Numbered from the stretch's first letter, positions 27,366 through 38,587 are shown. The stretch: 64,000 nucleotides of DNA from Nitrospinales bacterium (GCA_965223345.1 CBDCWG010000012.1:1248001-1312000), one strand, 5' to 3'. The notes: generated from the letters alone by a model not told the origin. Numbers and translations are program-made.

Positions 27366-29120
27366 TCAGGCCGTTTCTTCTGTGGAGAGGCGGGCGTCCA
27401 GCAGGCGCAGCTCCACCTTGTCGCGGCCGCTCCAGGCGTTGGTCGCCAGTTCGTACACCAGATCCACCCGGTCCTCCTCGACGTTGATCGCTTCGAACGC
27501 CTCCGCCAGGTTGAATCCCACCGCATCGATCCCGGCCTTGTCCTGGATGGCTTTGAAACGGATGTGCGACTCGTCCTTCCCCATGAAGCGGAAATCGCGG
27601 ATGCGCACGTTGCGGGAAAGAAACAGCGGCACCGGGTTCTGCGCGCCAAAGGGTTCCAGCGCGTGGATCTTCTTGAACAGTTGGGTGTCGATGTCGGCCA
27701 ACGGCAGCTCGCTGTCGATCTCGATCTCCTGAATCAGATCGTCCGCAGCGAGAAAACGCTGGCCGATGGCGTTGAGCGTCTGGCGAAAGGCGTCGATGTT
27801 TTCTTCTTTGATCGTGAGCCCCGCGGCGTACGCGTGGCCGCCGAATTGCAGGAAATGCTCGGCGCATTCACAGAACGCCTTGTACAGGTTGAATTTGGGA
27901 ATGCTGCGGCCGGAGCCCTTGCCGACACCATCGGCGAGTGCGATCAGCACGGTGGGGCGGTAGTGCTTTTCCACCAGGCGCGAGGCGACGATGCCGATCA
28001 CTCCGGGATGGAAGTTCTCGGAAGCGAGCACCAGCACGCGGTCGTTGTCCAGATCCACTTCCCGCTCGATCAGGTATTCCGCTTCCTCCAGCGCCCAGCC
28101 CTGTATCTCCTTGCGCTCGGTGTTGATGGCGTCCACTTTTTTCGCGATGTCTTTCGCCGCATTGAGATCGTTGGCGGTCAGCAGGTGCAGGCCCGCGTCG
28201 GCCTTGCCGAGCCGGCCGGCGGCGTTGAGCCTCGGCCCCAGCGCGAACCCCACGCTGCGCGAATCGACGCGGCCGTTCACGCCGGCGACATCTTTGAGAG
28301 CCACCAGCCCCGGTTTGGTGGTGGCGGCCATCATTTCCAGACCGTGTGAAGAGAGGATGTGGTTTTCTCCGGTCAGCGGTGCCACATCGGCGATGGTCCC
28401 GAGGACGAAAAGGTCGAGGTGGCGCTTGAGATTGGGCAGCGCCTCTTTCTTCCAGCCGCGCCGGTGCAGGGCCGAGCGGATGGCGGTGGCAAGCTTGAAG
28501 ACGATGCCGACGCCGCTGAGGAAGCGGAACGGGTACTGGCAGTCGGGCCGGTGCGGGTTCAGCACCGCGACCGCCGGCGGCAGGCCTTCGGGACCCACCT
28601 GGTGGTGGTCGGAGACGATCACGTCCAGCCCGATGGCGTTGGCGGTCTGCACTTCCTTGACGCCGGTGATGCCGCAGTCGGCGGTGATCATCAGCGTGCA
28701 TCCCTCGTCGCGTATTTTGCGCACCGCCTGTTCGTTCAATCCGTAACCTTCTTCCATGCGGTCCGGCAGGTAATAGTTCACCGCCACGCCCAGGTCGCGG
28801 AAAAAATGCGTCAGAAACGCGGCGGAGGTGACGCCGTCCACGTCGTAATCGCAAAACACGCGGATCTGTTCGCCGCTCTCGATGGCGGCCACCACGCGCT
28901 CCACCGCCGCCTGCATGCCGGTCATCAGGAACGGATCGTGCAGGCGGGTCAGGTCGCGGGCGACGAAATCGTTGCCTTCTTCGGGGGTTTTGATGTCGCG
29001 GTTGACCAGCAGTTGCGCGATGAGTGGAGACACGTTCAACGTCTGCGCCAGTGCGTCCACCGCATCGGGGCAGGCGGGAGCGAGGCGCCATTTTTTATTC
29101 TGAACGGAAAGCGTTTTCAT
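27366..29120 (-). CDS. recJ: Single-stranded-DNA exonuclease RecJ
   Basis: DYDVDG, TADCG, SDHH, GTIADV, PRLNAAGR, GSGRS, FGGH, LEPFG motifs. Confidence 0.97.
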   Translation of the reverse strand: MKTLSVQNKKWRLAPACPDAVDALAQTLNVSPLIAQLLVNRDIKTPEEGNDFVARDLTRLHDPFLMTGMQAAVERVVAAIESGEQIRVFCDYDVDGVTSAAFLTHFFRDLGVAVNYYLPDRMEEGYGLNEQAVRKIRDEGCTLMITADCGITGVKEVQTANAIGLDVIVSDHHQVGPEGLPPAVAVLNPHRPDCQYPFRFLSGVGIVFKLATAIRSALHRRGWKKEALPNLKRHLDLFVLGTIADVAPLTGENHILSSHGLEMMAATTKPGLVALKDVAGVNGRVDSRSVGFALGPRLNAAGRLGKADAGLHLLTANDLNAAKDIAKKVDAINTERKEIQGWALEEAEYLIEREVDLDNDRVLVLASENFHPGVIGIVASRLVEKHYRPTVLIALADGVGKGSGRSIPKFNLYKAFCECAEHFLQFGGHAYAAGLTIKEENIDAFRQTLNAIGQRFLAADDLIQEIEIDSELPLADIDTQLFKKIHALEPFGAQNPVPLFLSRNVRIRDFRFMGKDESHIRFKAIQDKAGIDAVGFNLAEAFEAINVEEDRVDLVYELATNAWSGRDKVELRLLDARLSTEETA

Positions 29121-29177
29121 GAATGTATGCGGATCGGAAGAGGGTGAAAAAATCGTGAAAACCCGTTTGACAACGCT

Positions 29178-29825
29178 TCACAGCGGCCGCTCGCCTGTGC
29201 TCGCCGCCGGGGCTTCGATGAATTCCCGGACGCCCTTGAACGATTTGCGGTGAATGGGGCAGGGGCCGTGACGGCGGATGCTTTCCCGGTGCGCGCGGGT
29301 GCCATAGCCTTTGTGCTTATCGAACGCGTACTGCGGATAGGTTGCGTGATGATCGGTCATGATGCGGTCGCGCGTCACCTTTGCGAGCACCGATGCGGCG
29401 GCGATGGACAGGCTTTGCGCGTCGCCGCGCACGATGGGCCACTGGTCCGACGGGTGATCGATGCGGCGGTTGCCGTCGATGAGTAGCAGATCCGGACGCA
29501 GCGGCAGTTTTTCCACGGCGATCCGCATGGCGAGCAGCGAGGCCTGCAGGATGTTGATGGCGTCGATGGTTTCTTCGCCGACGATGCCGATCCCGTATCC
29601 CAGCGCGCACTGCCGGATGCGCGGGAAAAAGTCCTCGCGCGCGGCTTCGGACAGTTGCTTGCTGTCGGTCAGGCCGTTAAGGGAAACCTTGGCGGGAAGC
29701 ACCACGGCGGCGGCGACGACGGGGCCGGCCAGCGGGCCGCGCCCGGCTTCGTCCACACCGCTGATCGAGCGGAAGCCCTTCTGCTCCGCCTGAATTTCGA
29801 AAGACAGCATGCCGGTACCAGTCAT
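29178..29825 (-). CDS. rnhB: Ribonuclease HII
   Basis: GVDEAGRGPLAGPV, DSKQL, IDGN, SIAAASVLAKVTRD, HKGYGT; start at 29825 or 29810. Confidence 0.95.
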   Translation of the reverse strand: MTGTGMLSFEIQAEQKGFRSISGVDEAGRGPLAGPVVAAAVVLPAKVSLNGLTDSKQLSEAAREDFFPRIRQCALGYGIGIVGEETIDAINILQASLLAMRIAVEKLPLRPDLLLIDGNRRIDHPSDQWPIVRGDAQSLSIAAASVLAKVTRDRIMTDHHATYPQYAFDKHKGYGTRAHRESIRRHGPCPIHRKSFKGVREFIEAPAASTGERPL

Positions 29826-30128
29826 GCGCTCTTTTAAGGAAAATGAAACGGGATGCGGGAAGACCGGCGAAGATACGGAACGAAAACGGTTGCCGGTCCG
29901 GATTGTGTCTCCTGAAAACAGATGATAGGACATCGTTTGGAGGCAGGCAACTCAAAAATTTTTACAGACGGTGATTTCCGGTTTGCGGACGCAGGCGCGT
30001 AGCGGATTGAATTCACTCGCCTTGGTTTTTTGCAAAAGTTTTACAAATTCAATTATTTTGCGGTAAGCTAGGGACAATCCCGAGTAAAACGTTCCATTTT
30101 TTGAATCTAACAGATCGATACCACGCTT

Positions 30129-30959
30129 ATGCAAACTTCAAAAAAAATCATCCTCGTCATCTTCGTCGCGCTGATCGCGGCGTGCGTCACCACACCGGTT
30201 TCGGAAAAGTCGGCCTTCATCATCATTCCTGAATCTCAGGAAATCACGATGGGATTGCAGGCGTTCAATGAGGTCAAGCAAAAGGAAAAGGAATCGCAGA
30301 ATCCGCGCCTGGTCAATATCGTGCAGCGGGTTGGCTCGCGCATCGCAGCGGTTTCCGACATGCCGGATCTGGAGTGGGAATACAAGCTGTTCGAATCGGA
30401 ACAGCAGAACGCGTTCGCTCTGCCCGGTGGCAAAACCGCGGTGTACACCGGGTTGCTGCCGGTCTGTCAGAACGAAGCCGGTCTGGCGGCGGTGATGGGG
30501 CATGAGGTGGCGCACGTGATCGCCCGCCACGGGGCGCAGCGGATCTCGAGCCAGCTGGTGGTGACCACGGGGCTTTCGGTGGCGGCGATCAGCCTGGCGA
30601 ACAAGGATTCGCGCGCGCTGATCCTGGGTGGCCTGGGACTCGGTGCGCTGTACGGCATCACGCTGCCGTTTGGCCGAAGCAACGAGTCGGAAGCGGACCA
30701 CATCGGTCTCATCTACATGGCGCGGGCAGGGTACGATCCGAGGGAAGCGGAGCGGTTCTGGGGGCGCTTCAGCAACGCCAAGCAGGGGAAAAAGGTTCCC
30801 GAATTACTCTCAACGCATCCCTCGGACGAGACGCGCATCGCCAACATCCAGAAGCTGCTGCCGCGGGCGATGGCGGAATACGAAGCCGCCCGGGAAAAAC
30901 TCGGTCTGGGTGAAGCGTTTTATGGAACCGGCGGTCTGGCGCCCAAAGCCTCAGGCTGA
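30129..30959 (+). CDS. M48 family zinc metallopeptidase lipoprotein (LoiP/Oma1-like)
   Basis: Lipobox IAA-C; NAFALPGG, HEVAH, ESEAD, LSTHP. Confidence 0.92.
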   Translation: MQTSKKIILVIFVALIAACVTTPVSEKSAFIIIPESQEITMGLQAFNEVKQKEKESQNPRLVNIVQRVGSRIAAVSDMPDLEWEYKLFESEQQNAFALPGGKTAVYTGLLPVCQNEAGLAAVMGHEVAHVIARHGAQRISSQLVVTTGLSVAAISLANKDSRALILGGLGLGALYGITLPFGRSNESEADHIGLIYMARAGYDPREAERFWGRFSNAKQGKKVPELLSTHPSDETRIANIQKLLPRAMAEYEAAREKLGLGEAFYGTGGLAPKASG

Positions 30960-31038
30960 CCGGATGCTCAAAAAGGGTAGGGTGTGCGGAAAAAATGTGT
31001 GAGCAGGGTTTTTCCGTTTTGTGCGAAAAAGCCCGCGC

Positions 31039-31443
31039 TCAGGCGGATTTTTTCGCGGCGCTCTTTTTCTTACGGCCCTTGCCCGAACCGGGTTTGCGGG
31101 TGGGCTTGATTTCCTTGAGCCGTGCGGCTTTGCCGCGCAGGTTTCTCAGGTAATACAGTTTCGAGCGGCGCACCCGGGCGCGTTTGACGACTTCGATCTT
31201 TTCCACGCGCGGGGAATGGATCGGGAAAATCCGTTCCACGCCGACGCCGAAGGAAATTTTCCGCACCGTGATGGTTTTGCGCACGCCGCCGCCGTGCATG
31301 CGGATCAGCACGCCTTCGATCACCTGGATACGTTCTTTCTCGCCTTCCACGATGCGCATGTGCACCTTGACGGTGTCGCCGATGTGGACGTCCGCCACTT
31401 CCTTCTTCAGTTCACCCGTTTCAATCTGGTCGATCAGGTTCAT
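31039..31443 (-). CDS. rplS: 50S ribosomal protein L19
   Basis: [40 protein letters not shown]. Confidence 0.98.
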   Translation of the reverse strand: MNLIDQIETGELKKEVADVHIGDTVKVHMRIVEGEKERIQVIEGVLIRMHGGGVRKTITVRKISFGVGVERIFPIHSPRVEKIEVVKRARVRRSKLYYLRNLRGKAARLKEIKPTRKPGSGKGRKKKSAAKKSA

Positions 31444-31512
31444 CACTTCTCCTCTTTCTCGCTCTCGATGTTCATTTTTTTACCGTTTTATACCGCAGTT
31501 TGATTCGAATTC

Positions 31513-32067
31513 CTAGCGTTTGCCGGCCAGCCGGTCGAGAATGATGGCGATGGCCCCCCGGACCGGCAGATGATTGTAGCTCCCGGCGCCCTCGATGGGG
31601 GCGAGAACGTGGTCAGCGTTGTCGATGATGCTCTTTTCCAGGCCCCAGCCGGTGCCGAACACCAGCAGGTGCGGTTCCCCCTGCTCCAGCGACGCCCGCA
31701 GCGTCTTATAATCCACGCTGCCGGGAAACTGCCGCGCGTCGGTGACGACGGTTTTCGGCTTGGCGCCGCAACGGCTTTCGACGTCCTGCACCACATCGGC
31801 CAGCGAACGCTCGATGCGGGTCTCCATCAGCGCCTCTTTGCGCGTCGGGTTGTACTCGGCGCCGTAGCCCTTCACCCAGTGGGCGACCATGCGTTCGACC
31901 AGCTCCTGCTGGGTCTTTAGCGGCGTGACGACGTAAAACGACCGCACCCCGTAGGTTCTGCCGATGCGGGAAATGTCGTGCACATCCAGCGTGGTGATGG
32001 ACGAGACCACGATCTCCCCGGCTTTGTTGTACACGGGGAAGTGCACCAGCGCCAGATGCAGGTTCAT
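31513..32067 (-). CDS. SPOUT RNA methyltransferase (TrmD-associated family)
   Basis: ALVHFPVYNK, DVHDISR, VFGTGWGL, YNHLPVR; overlaps the trmD stop. Confidence 0.85.
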   Translation of the reverse strand: MNLHLALVHFPVYNKAGEIVVSSITTLDVHDISRIGRTYGVRSFYVVTPLKTQQELVERMVAHWVKGYGAEYNPTRKEALMETRIERSLADVVQDVESRCGAKPKTVVTDARQFPGSVDYKTLRASLEQGEPHLLVFGTGWGLEKSIIDNADHVLAPIEGAGSYNHLPVRGAIAIILDRLAGKR

Positions 32068-32801
32068 TCCCCGTCCAGTTCCTTCAAGATCCCCTTGTCC
32101 TGCTCCGAAAGCTGGAGTTTGTTCAACAGGTCCGGCCGCACGCGCGCGGTCTTTTTCAACGCTTCGCTGCGCTGCCAGGCCTGGATTTTCTTCGGATCCC
32201 CCGAGACCAGCACTTCCGGAACTTTGTGGCCCTTGTAATCGCGCGGCCGCGTGTACTGCGGGTATTCCAGCAGAGGGGTCGAAAACGACTCCTCAACCAG
32301 CGAGTTTTCATCGCCGAGAACGCCGGGCACCAGCCGCGACACCGCCTCAACCACCACCATCGCCGGGATCTCGCCGCCGGAGAGCACGTAATCGCCGATC
32401 GAAATCTCCTCGTCCACGCACAGGGTGCGGACGCGCTCATCGACTCCCTCGTAGCGGCCGCAGACGAGGATCAGGTTTTCCTCGCGTGACAGCTGCCAGG
32501 CTTTTTCCTGATCGAACGGTTTGCCCGCCGGGGACATCAGGATGGTGCGCGCGCCGGGGCTCTGTTGCTTGACCGCCTCGATGGCGCGGGCAATGGGTTC
32601 GACGTTCATCACCAGCCCCACGCCGCCGCCGAACGGGTAGTCGTCCACCTTTTTGTGCTTGTTGAGCGTGTGGTCCCTGAGATTGTGGATGTGGATGTCC
32701 ACGATCCCGTTTTCCCGGGCGCGGTTCAGCAGACTTTCGTCGAACGGGGACGCGAACATCCCCGGGAAAATGGTGATGATGTCAAACCGGATCGTCCTCA
32801 A
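32064..32801 (-). CDS. trmD: tRNA (guanine37-N1)-methyltransferase
   Basis: VDDYPFGGG, LVCGRYEGVDER, SIGDYVLSGGE, LEYPQYTRP. Confidence 0.97.
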   Translation of the reverse strand: MRTIRFDIITIFPGMFASPFDESLLNRARENGIVDIHIHNLRDHTLNKHKKVDDYPFGGGVGLVMNVEPIARAIEAVKQQSPGARTILMSPAGKPFDQEKAWQLSREENLILVCGRYEGVDERVRTLCVDEEISIGDYVLSGGEIPAMVVVEAVSRLVPGVLGDENSLVEESFSTPLLEYPQYTRPRDYKGHKVPEVLVSGDPKKIQAWQRSEALKKTARVRPDLLNKLQLSEQDKGILKELDGE

Positions 32802-33300
32802 TCAGACCCTCGACCCTGTGAAAAATCAGTTTATTCTGTTTGAGATCGATGGTTTTCACCACCGAATCGATCATGGGCAGCAGCACTTCGCGGCCGCCGC
32901 CGCGCACGACGTACACGTCGTTGCTGCCGGTCTCGATGATTTCCTCGACGCTGCCGTAATGGTTTTCCGCTTCGTCGTATACGTTCAGACCCAGGATCTC
33001 GAACCAGTAGAACTCCCCTTCGGGCAGGGGTTGAAACTGGTCCGCGGGAACCTGAAGGATTTGCCCGGCCAGCAGCCCGGCCTGTTCGCGGGATTCGACT
33101 TGCTGGAATTTGATGATGAGGTTGTTGGCGCTGCCGCGGACCGATTCCACCTCAACCGGGGTTTCCGGCCCGGTCCCGCCGTCGAGACGGCCCTGCTTCA
33201 AGCTTTTCAGGATCGTAAGATCGGTGACGAAGGGCAGCAGTTTCAATTCGCCTTTCAACCCGTGGGGCCGGGTGACCTTGCCGACTTCGACCCAATGCAT
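32782..33300 (-). CDS. rimM: 16S rRNA processing protein RimM
   Basis: GKVTRPHGLKGE, EGEFYWFEILG, TGSNDVYVV; position in the trmD cluster. Confidence 0.95.
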   Translation of the reverse strand: MHWVEVGKVTRPHGLKGELKLLPFVTDLTILKSLKQGRLDGGTGPETPVEVESVRGSANNLIIKFQQVESREQAGLLAGQILQVPADQFQPLPEGEFYWFEILGLNVYDEAENHYGSVEEIIETGSNDVYVVRGGGREVLLPMIDSVVKTIDLKQNKLIFHRVEGLIEDDPV

Positions 33301-33303
33301 GCC

Positions 33304-33534
33304 TCACTCGATGATTTCGAGCACCGCGCGTTTTTTCAGCTTGGTTGCGGTTGCGTTGAGCAGCACCCGCATGGCGCGTGCGGTTTTACCCTGCTTGCCG
33401 ATCACTTTGCCGAGGTCTTCCTTGGCGACGCGCAGCTCATAAACGGTTGTCTTTTCACCTTCCACTTCTGTCAAATCCACTTCGTCCGGCTTATCCACCA
33501 ACGATTTCGCGATCATTAGAATGAGTTCTTTCAT
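33304..33534 (-). CDS. khpA: KH-domain RNA-binding protein KhpA/YlqC
   Basis: [17 protein letters not shown]; lies between rpsP and rimM; GAGGAGG RBS. Confidence 0.93.
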   Translation of the reverse strand: MKELILMIAKSLVDKPDEVDLTEVEGEKTTVYELRVAKEDLGKVIGKQGKTARAMRVLLNATATKLKKRAVLEIIE

Positions 33535-33635
33535 GGCTCCCTCCTCGAACCGCAACGGAACGGTCACTGGAAACGGGAAGTACGATCGGAGTTGTGCGGA
33601 TCGAACTTGGATCGAGCGAGGAGCGATGGAATCTT

Positions 33636-33881
33636 CTATTGGCCGACACCCGCTTTCTTAAGGAGGGAGGCCACCGTCTTGCTGGGCTTGGCGCCCTTGG
33701 CGATCCAGGCCGACGCCTTTTCGGCGTCGATCTTACAGTTGTCCTCTTCCTTGAGCGGATCGAAGGTGCCCAGGATTTCCAAAAACCGTCCGTCTCTGGG
33801 GAACCGGGAATCCGCTGCTACGATCCGATAGAATGGTTTTTTCTTCGCTCCACGTCGGGTCAGTCTGATCACGACAGCCAA
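33636..33881 (-). CDS. rpsP: 30S ribosomal protein S16
   Basis: [34 protein letters not shown] start. Confidence 0.98.
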   Translation of the reverse strand: MAVVIRLTRRGAKKKPFYRIVAADSRFPRDGRFLEILGTFDPLKEEDNCKIDAEKASAWIAKGAKPSKTVASLLKKAGVGQ

Positions 33882-33948
33882 AATATATCCTCCTGTTGTT
33901 TAGATGACTTCATTCGAAAGTTCGGTGCATGTATTAAGCTATTTTAAT

Positions 33949-35289
33949 TCAAAACGGGCTGCGGCCGCCCAACATATTTCCCATATTGAAGCCGCCCTTG
34001 AATTTTCCCATGTTGAATTTTTTCATCATCTTCTGCATCTGCGAGAACTGCTTCAATAACTTGTTGATTTCATTAACTGAGGTGCCGCTACCGGCGGCGA
34101 TGCGGCGTTTGCGGCTGCTGTTGATGATGTTGTGTTTCTCCCGCTCGGCCGGGGTCATGGAACTGATGATGGCCTCGATGCGAACGAACGCTTTTTCATC
34201 GATTTTGAGCCCCTTGAGCTTGTTGGCGCCGGGGATCATGCCCAGAAGCTGCTGGATGGAACCCATTTTCTGGATCTGCTTGAGCTGGTCGCGGAAATCC
34301 TCGAGGGTGAAGCGGTTCTTTTTGAGTTTTTTCTCCAGCTCCTCCTGCTGTTCCAGGTCGTAGGTCTGCTCGGCCTTTTCCACCAGCGACATCACATCGC
34401 CCATGCCGAGGATGCGCGAGACCAGCCGGTCGGGATAAAACGGTTCCAGGGCGTCCAGCTTTTCGCCGGTGCCGATGAAGCGGATCGGTTTGCCGGTGGT
34501 CTTTTTGATCGATAGCGCCGCGCCGCCGCGCGTGTCGCCGTCCATCTTGGTGAGCACCACGCCGTCGATGCCGACCGCCTCGTGAAAGGTGCCGGCGACG
34601 CTGGCCGCCTGCTGGCCCATCATGGCGTCGGCGACGAACAGCACCTCGTCGGGCTCGACCTTTTTCTTGATCGCCTTGAGCTCCTCCATCAACGCGTCGT
34701 CGATCTGCGTGCGCCCGGCGGTGTCGAGGATTAGCACCTGCACCATCTTGCGCCTGGCTTCATCGAGCGCCTGCGTGCAGATCTTCACCGGGTCCTTCTC
34801 GCCTTCGGCCTGGTAGACGTCGATTTCCAGGTCGCGCCCCAGCACGTTGAGCTGCTCGATGGCGGCGGGGCGGTACACGTCCGCCGGCACCAGCAGGCAT
34901 TTTTTGCCCTTCTCCTTGAACCTGCGGGCGAGCTTGCCGACGGTGGTGGTTTTTCCGGAGCCCTGCAGCCCGGCCATGAGGATCACGGTGGGCGGCTTGG
35001 AGGCGAACTGGATCTCCTGGAACTCCTCGCCCAGCAAGGCGGTCAACTCGGTGTTGACGATCTTCACCATCTGGTGGCCGGGGGTGAGGCTTTTCAGCAC
35101 TTCCTGACCGATGGACTGCTCGCGGATCTGCGCGAGGAACTCCTTGATGACGGGCAGGCTGACGTCGGCCTCGATGAGGGCGATGCGGATCTCGCGCAGC
35201 GCTTCATCGACGTCCCCCTCCTTCAACAGGCCGCGGCCCTTGAGTTTTTTGTACACCGCCTCGAGGCGGTTGGAAAGGCTTTCCAGCAT
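33949..35289 (-). CDS. ffh: Signal recognition particle protein Ffh
   Basis: [34 protein letters not shown]; Met-rich M domain. Confidence 0.98.
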   Translation of the reverse strand: MLESLSNRLEAVYKKLKGRGLLKEGDVDEALREIRIALIEADVSLPVIKEFLAQIREQSIGQEVLKSLTPGHQMVKIVNTELTALLGEEFQEIQFASKPPTVILMAGLQGSGKTTTVGKLARRFKEKGKKCLLVPADVYRPAAIEQLNVLGRDLEIDVYQAEGEKDPVKICTQALDEARRKMVQVLILDTAGRTQIDDALMEELKAIKKKVEPDEVLFVADAMMGQQAASVAGTFHEAVGIDGVVLTKMDGDTRGGAALSIKKTTGKPIRFIGTGEKLDALEPFYPDRLVSRILGMGDVMSLVEKAEQTYDLEQQEELEKKLKKNRFTLEDFRDQLKQIQKMGSIQQLLGMIPGANKLKGLKIDEKAFVRIEAIISSMTPAEREKHNIINSSRKRRIAAGSGTSVNEINKLLKQFSQMQKMMKKFNMGKFKGGFNMGNMLGGRSPF

Positions 35290-35390
35290 GGGAAAAAGCT
35301 CTAATTTTTCAAGGTTTATGGGTGTGCCGTGAAATGCGTCAGTATATAATATCCCACTGCAATGTCAAGGAACAACCCACGAGGATCGGG

Positions 35391-36080
35391 ATGGAAAAAG
35401 CCATTGTTTTATTGAGCGGCGGGCTGGATTCGGCCACCACGCTCGCCGTCGCGCAAAAAGAGGGGTTTTTGGCCCACACGCTGAGCTTCGACTACGGCCA
35501 GCGCCACCGGGTGGAGCTGGAAAAGGCGGGCGCTCTGTCCGGGCGGCTGGGGGCGGCGGAGCACCGCGTGGTGCACGTGGATCTTGCGCAGTTCGGCGGC
35601 TCGGCGCTGACGGCGGACATCGCAGTCCCGTCCGGCCGCAGCGAGGAAGCGATGGCGGCGGGGATTCCGGTCACCTACGTGCCGGCGCGCAACACGGTGT
35701 TTCTCGCCTTCGCGCTGGCGTATGCGGAGGTGCGGGCAATTTCGCATCTCTTTATCGGCGTCAACGCCATCGACTACAGCGGCTACCCGGACTGCCGGCC
35801 CGAATTCATCGCGGCGTTCGAAGCGATGGCGAACCTGGCGACGAAAGCCGGGGTGGAAGGCAAAAGCCGGCTGAAAATCCACACGCCGCTGATCGACCTG
35901 ACGAAAGCCGAGATCATCCGCAAAGGGCTCGAACTGGGCGTGGACTACGGGATGACGCACAGCTGCTACAACCCCAATGCGTGCGGAACCGCCTGCGGCG
36001 TGTGCGACAGTTGCCTGCTGCGCCGCAAAGGATTCCGCGAAGCGGGCGTGGACGATCCGATCGCGTACCAGGAAAAATAA
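35391..36080 (+). CDS. queC: 7-cyano-7-deazaguanine synthase
   Basis: [39 protein letters not shown]. Confidence 0.96.
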   Translation: MEKAIVLLSGGLDSATTLAVAQKEGFLAHTLSFDYGQRHRVELEKAGALSGRLGAAEHRVVHVDLAQFGGSALTADIAVPSGRSEEAMAAGIPVTYVPARNTVFLAFALAYAEVRAISHLFIGVNAIDYSGYPDCRPEFIAAFEAMANLATKAGVEGKSRLKIHTPLIDLTKAEIIRKGLELGVDYGMTHSCYNPNACGTACGVCDSCLLRRKGFREAGVDDPIAYQEK

Positions 36081-36089
36081 GATTGTTCA

Positions 36090-36196
36090 GCGCAAAGATG
36101 CCAGAGAAAAAGCCGGGGCAGGATGAATTCGGTAAAGACCGGGATTGCAAAAAACCGCAAAGAGTGAGAAGAGAATCTTACGCAAATAGCGTGAAG
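36090..36196 (+). repeat. Cluster of degenerate CGCAAAG-type and CAGGATGAA-type short repeats
   Basis: cgcaaagatgcc, gcaggatgaa, aaaaaaccgcaaagagtga (exact reverse complement of 9760-9778), cgcaaatagcgtgaagg; related to 59153-59218 and 61161-61232. Confidence 0.55.
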
Positions 36197-36264
36197 GAAA
36201 AACGAAAATGAATATTTAAATGACCTTTCACTTTAAATCATGAACATGGCCGGGCGAGAACTGA

Positions 36265-37863
36265 ATGGATTTTGAATGGGTTGCGATAGCGCTGAGTGAT
36301 GTTGCCTGGATCTCGCTGGCGTTTGTGCTGGGTTTTCTGGCGCAGCGGATCGGATTGCCGCCGCTGGTCGGTTTTCTGGCGACCGGTTTTATTCTCAATC
36401 ACGTGGGGATGGCGAGTGGCGAGATGTTGCAGAAGCTCGCGGATCTGGGCATCACGCTGCTGCTGTTCACCGTCGGCCTGAAGCTCGACCTGAAGGTGCT
36501 GGCGAGGCCGCAGGTCTGGTCGGTGACGCTGCTGCACACCTCAACCATCGTCGTTGTTTTCGGAGCGGCGGTTTTCGGCCTGGCCGTCCTGCACGTGCCG
36601 CTGTTCTCCAGCCTGGATCTCAAGCTTTCGCTCATGCTCGCCTTCGCTCTGAGTTTTTCCAGCACCGTGTTTGTGGTCAAGACGCTGGAGCGGAAGGGGG
36701 AGATGAAATCGCTGCACGGGCGGATCGCCATCGGCATCCTGATCATGCAGGATCTGGCCGCGGTGGTTTTTCTGGCGGCTTCGACCGGCAAACTGCCCAC
36801 GTTCTGGGCGCTGCTGCTGCTTCTCCTCATTCCCCTGCGGGCGCTGTTGCACTCGCTGCTGGAAAGGACGGGGCACGGCGAACTGTTGATCCTGTACGGC
36901 CTGGTTCTGGCTCTGGGCGGCGCCGAACTGTTCGAGCTGGGCGGCGTGAAGGACGATCTGGGAGCGCTGTTTATGGGGGTATTGATCTCCACGCATCCCA
37001 AATCCGACGAGATGGCCAAATCGATGCTGGGGTTCAAGGATCTGTTTCTGGTGGGATTCTTCCTCTCCATCGGCATGTCCGGCGAGCTCTCGCTGGAAGC
37101 CGCCGTCATCGGGCTGCTGCTGGTGCCGTTCGTCTTTTTCAAGTCGGCCCTGTTTTTCGTTTTGATGACCGGTTTCAAGCTGCGGGCGCGCACGTCCCTG
37201 CTGGCGACCCTGAACCTGAGCAACTACAGCGAATTCGGGCTGATCGTGGCTGCGATCGGCGTCGCCAACGGCTGGCTGGACGCCCAATGGCTGGTCGTCA
37301 TCGCCATCGCGCTGTCTGTTTCTTTTGTCGTCGCCGCGCCGTTGAACAGCATCGACGACCGGATCTACAGCCGGTTCCGGGACTTCTGGATGCGGTTGCA
37401 ACGCAAAGAGCGGCTTCCAGATGACAGGCTGCTGGACACGCTCGGCGCCACCATCGCCGTGTTCGGCATGGGAAGGGTGGGCAGCGGCGCTTACGACAAG
37501 ATGCGTGAATTCCACGGCGATACGGTGGTCGGCGTCGATTTCGACGCCGAGTTGATCCGCAGGCACCAGGCGAGCGGCCGCAAAGCCCTGCACGGCGACC
37601 CCAGCGATGCGGATTTCTGGGAAAAAATCGAGCAAAACCACAGCATCAAACTGGTCATGCTGGCGCTGCCGAACCTGCGGGCCAATTTGAACGCCCTGGA
37701 GCAGCTGCGCAACATATCTTTTCCCGGTCGCATAGCGGCAACCGCACGATTCCCGGACGAGGTGAAACGGTTGCAGGAGGCGGGGGCCACGTCCGTGTTC
37801 AACATCTACACGGAAGCGGGCGCCGGATTTGCCGTTCACGTCGAGACTCGAAGGAGGCCGTGA
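36265..37863 (+). CDS. CPA2 cation:proton antiporter with a TrkA-N (KTN) domain
   Basis: LPPLVGFL, LLLFTVGLKL, SFSST, GILIMQD, SEFGLIV; GMGRVG Rossmann motif. Confidence 0.92.
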   Translation: MDFEWVAIALSDVAWISLAFVLGFLAQRIGLPPLVGFLATGFILNHVGMASGEMLQKLADLGITLLLFTVGLKLDLKVLARPQVWSVTLLHTSTIVVVFGAAVFGLAVLHVPLFSSLDLKLSLMLAFALSFSSTVFVVKTLERKGEMKSLHGRIAIGILIMQDLAAVVFLAASTGKLPTFWALLLLLLIPLRALLHSLLERTGHGELLILYGLVLALGGAELFELGGVKDDLGALFMGVLISTHPKSDEMAKSMLGFKDLFLVGFFLSIGMSGELSLEAAVIGLLLVPFVFFKSALFFVLMTGFKLRARTSLLATLNLSNYSEFGLIVAAIGVANGWLDAQWLVVIAIALSVSFVVAAPLNSIDDRIYSRFRDFWMRLQRKERLPDDRLLDTLGATIAVFGMGRVGSGAYDKMREFHGDTVVGVDFDAELIRRHQASGRKALHGDPSDADFWEKIEQNHSIKLVMLALPNLRANLNALEQLRNISFPGRIAATARFPDEVKRLQEAGATSVFNIYTEAGAGFAVHVETRRRP

Positions 37864-37981
37864 GGCGCGGTGCAGCGCCCGACCTCGTATCAGAAAATAG
37901 CATTAGACAGGGGGAACGGAATGCGAGAACTTACAGGCAGCGATCCCGAAAATCACGATCAAGAGCGCATGGCCGAACCGC

Positions 37982-38389
37982 ATGGAGCCCTTTCCGCTAC
38001 AGAAGATCCGCCCGACAGCCTGCGCGTTTTCCGGATCGGATGGAGACGTCTCGCTGGAGATCCGTCTTGTACCGTTCGAGCTCGGTGAGGACGAGGATTC
38101 AGAAATCGTGGAAACCTCGATCCGGCTGGAGAGCATCGACCTTCCAGCAAACCCAAAGGCGCTTGCAGGAAGAACGTTCGATTTTCCCGTCAATCCCGAA
38201 GACGGATACATCGACGGTTCGATCTATTTTTTCGCCGCGCACCATCCGGTGGACGTGACGCGCATCGTGTTCGGAAACATCACAGATAATCGCCTGCCGG
38301 TCAAGCTGCACACCACCTGGCTGCTGGAGTTTGAAAACAGCGGCTACCGCAATTTTCAGACAGAGATTGAGACTGAAATCGCGTTGTAG
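37982..38389 (+). CDS. Hypothetical protein
   Basis: 135 aa acidic, beta-rich ORF with plausible composition; no family recognised. Confidence 0.55.
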   Translation: MEPFPLQKIRPTACAFSGSDGDVSLEIRLVPFELGEDEDSEIVETSIRLESIDLPANPKALAGRTFDFPVNPEDGYIDGSIYFFAAHHPVDVTRIVFGNITDNRLPVKLHTTWLLEFENSGYRNFQTEIETEIAL

Positions 38390-38493
38390 TCAAGGCGGAG
38401 AGGTTGTTCAGGAAAAACAGAGGACGATTTTATAAGTTGAATTAGGCGGCACCCGATCTGACAGACGGTGTTAGATGTTCTTGAGTCTCCGCA

Positions 38494-38587
38494 GACCGCT
38501 ATCGGCCAGAAGCAGTCATCGACTACGCGAAATTCTCATGGCCGCGATTAGTTGCTAGCTGATGTCTGCGGTTGGCCGCAAACCCAC
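38494..38587. repeat. Pair of 24-bp imperfect palindromic elements (copies at 38494-38517 on + and 38564-38587 on -)
   Basis: GACCGCTATCGGCCAGAAGCAGTC and reverse complement GTGGGTTTGCGGCCAACCGCAGAC; both followed by ATC; shared CGGCCA core. Confidence 0.55.

Noticed and set aside
35290..35390. preQ1 riboswitch before queC (also checked queE, and a Moco riboswitch before moaB)
   Set aside because: No recognisable aptamer consensus in these short intergenic regions
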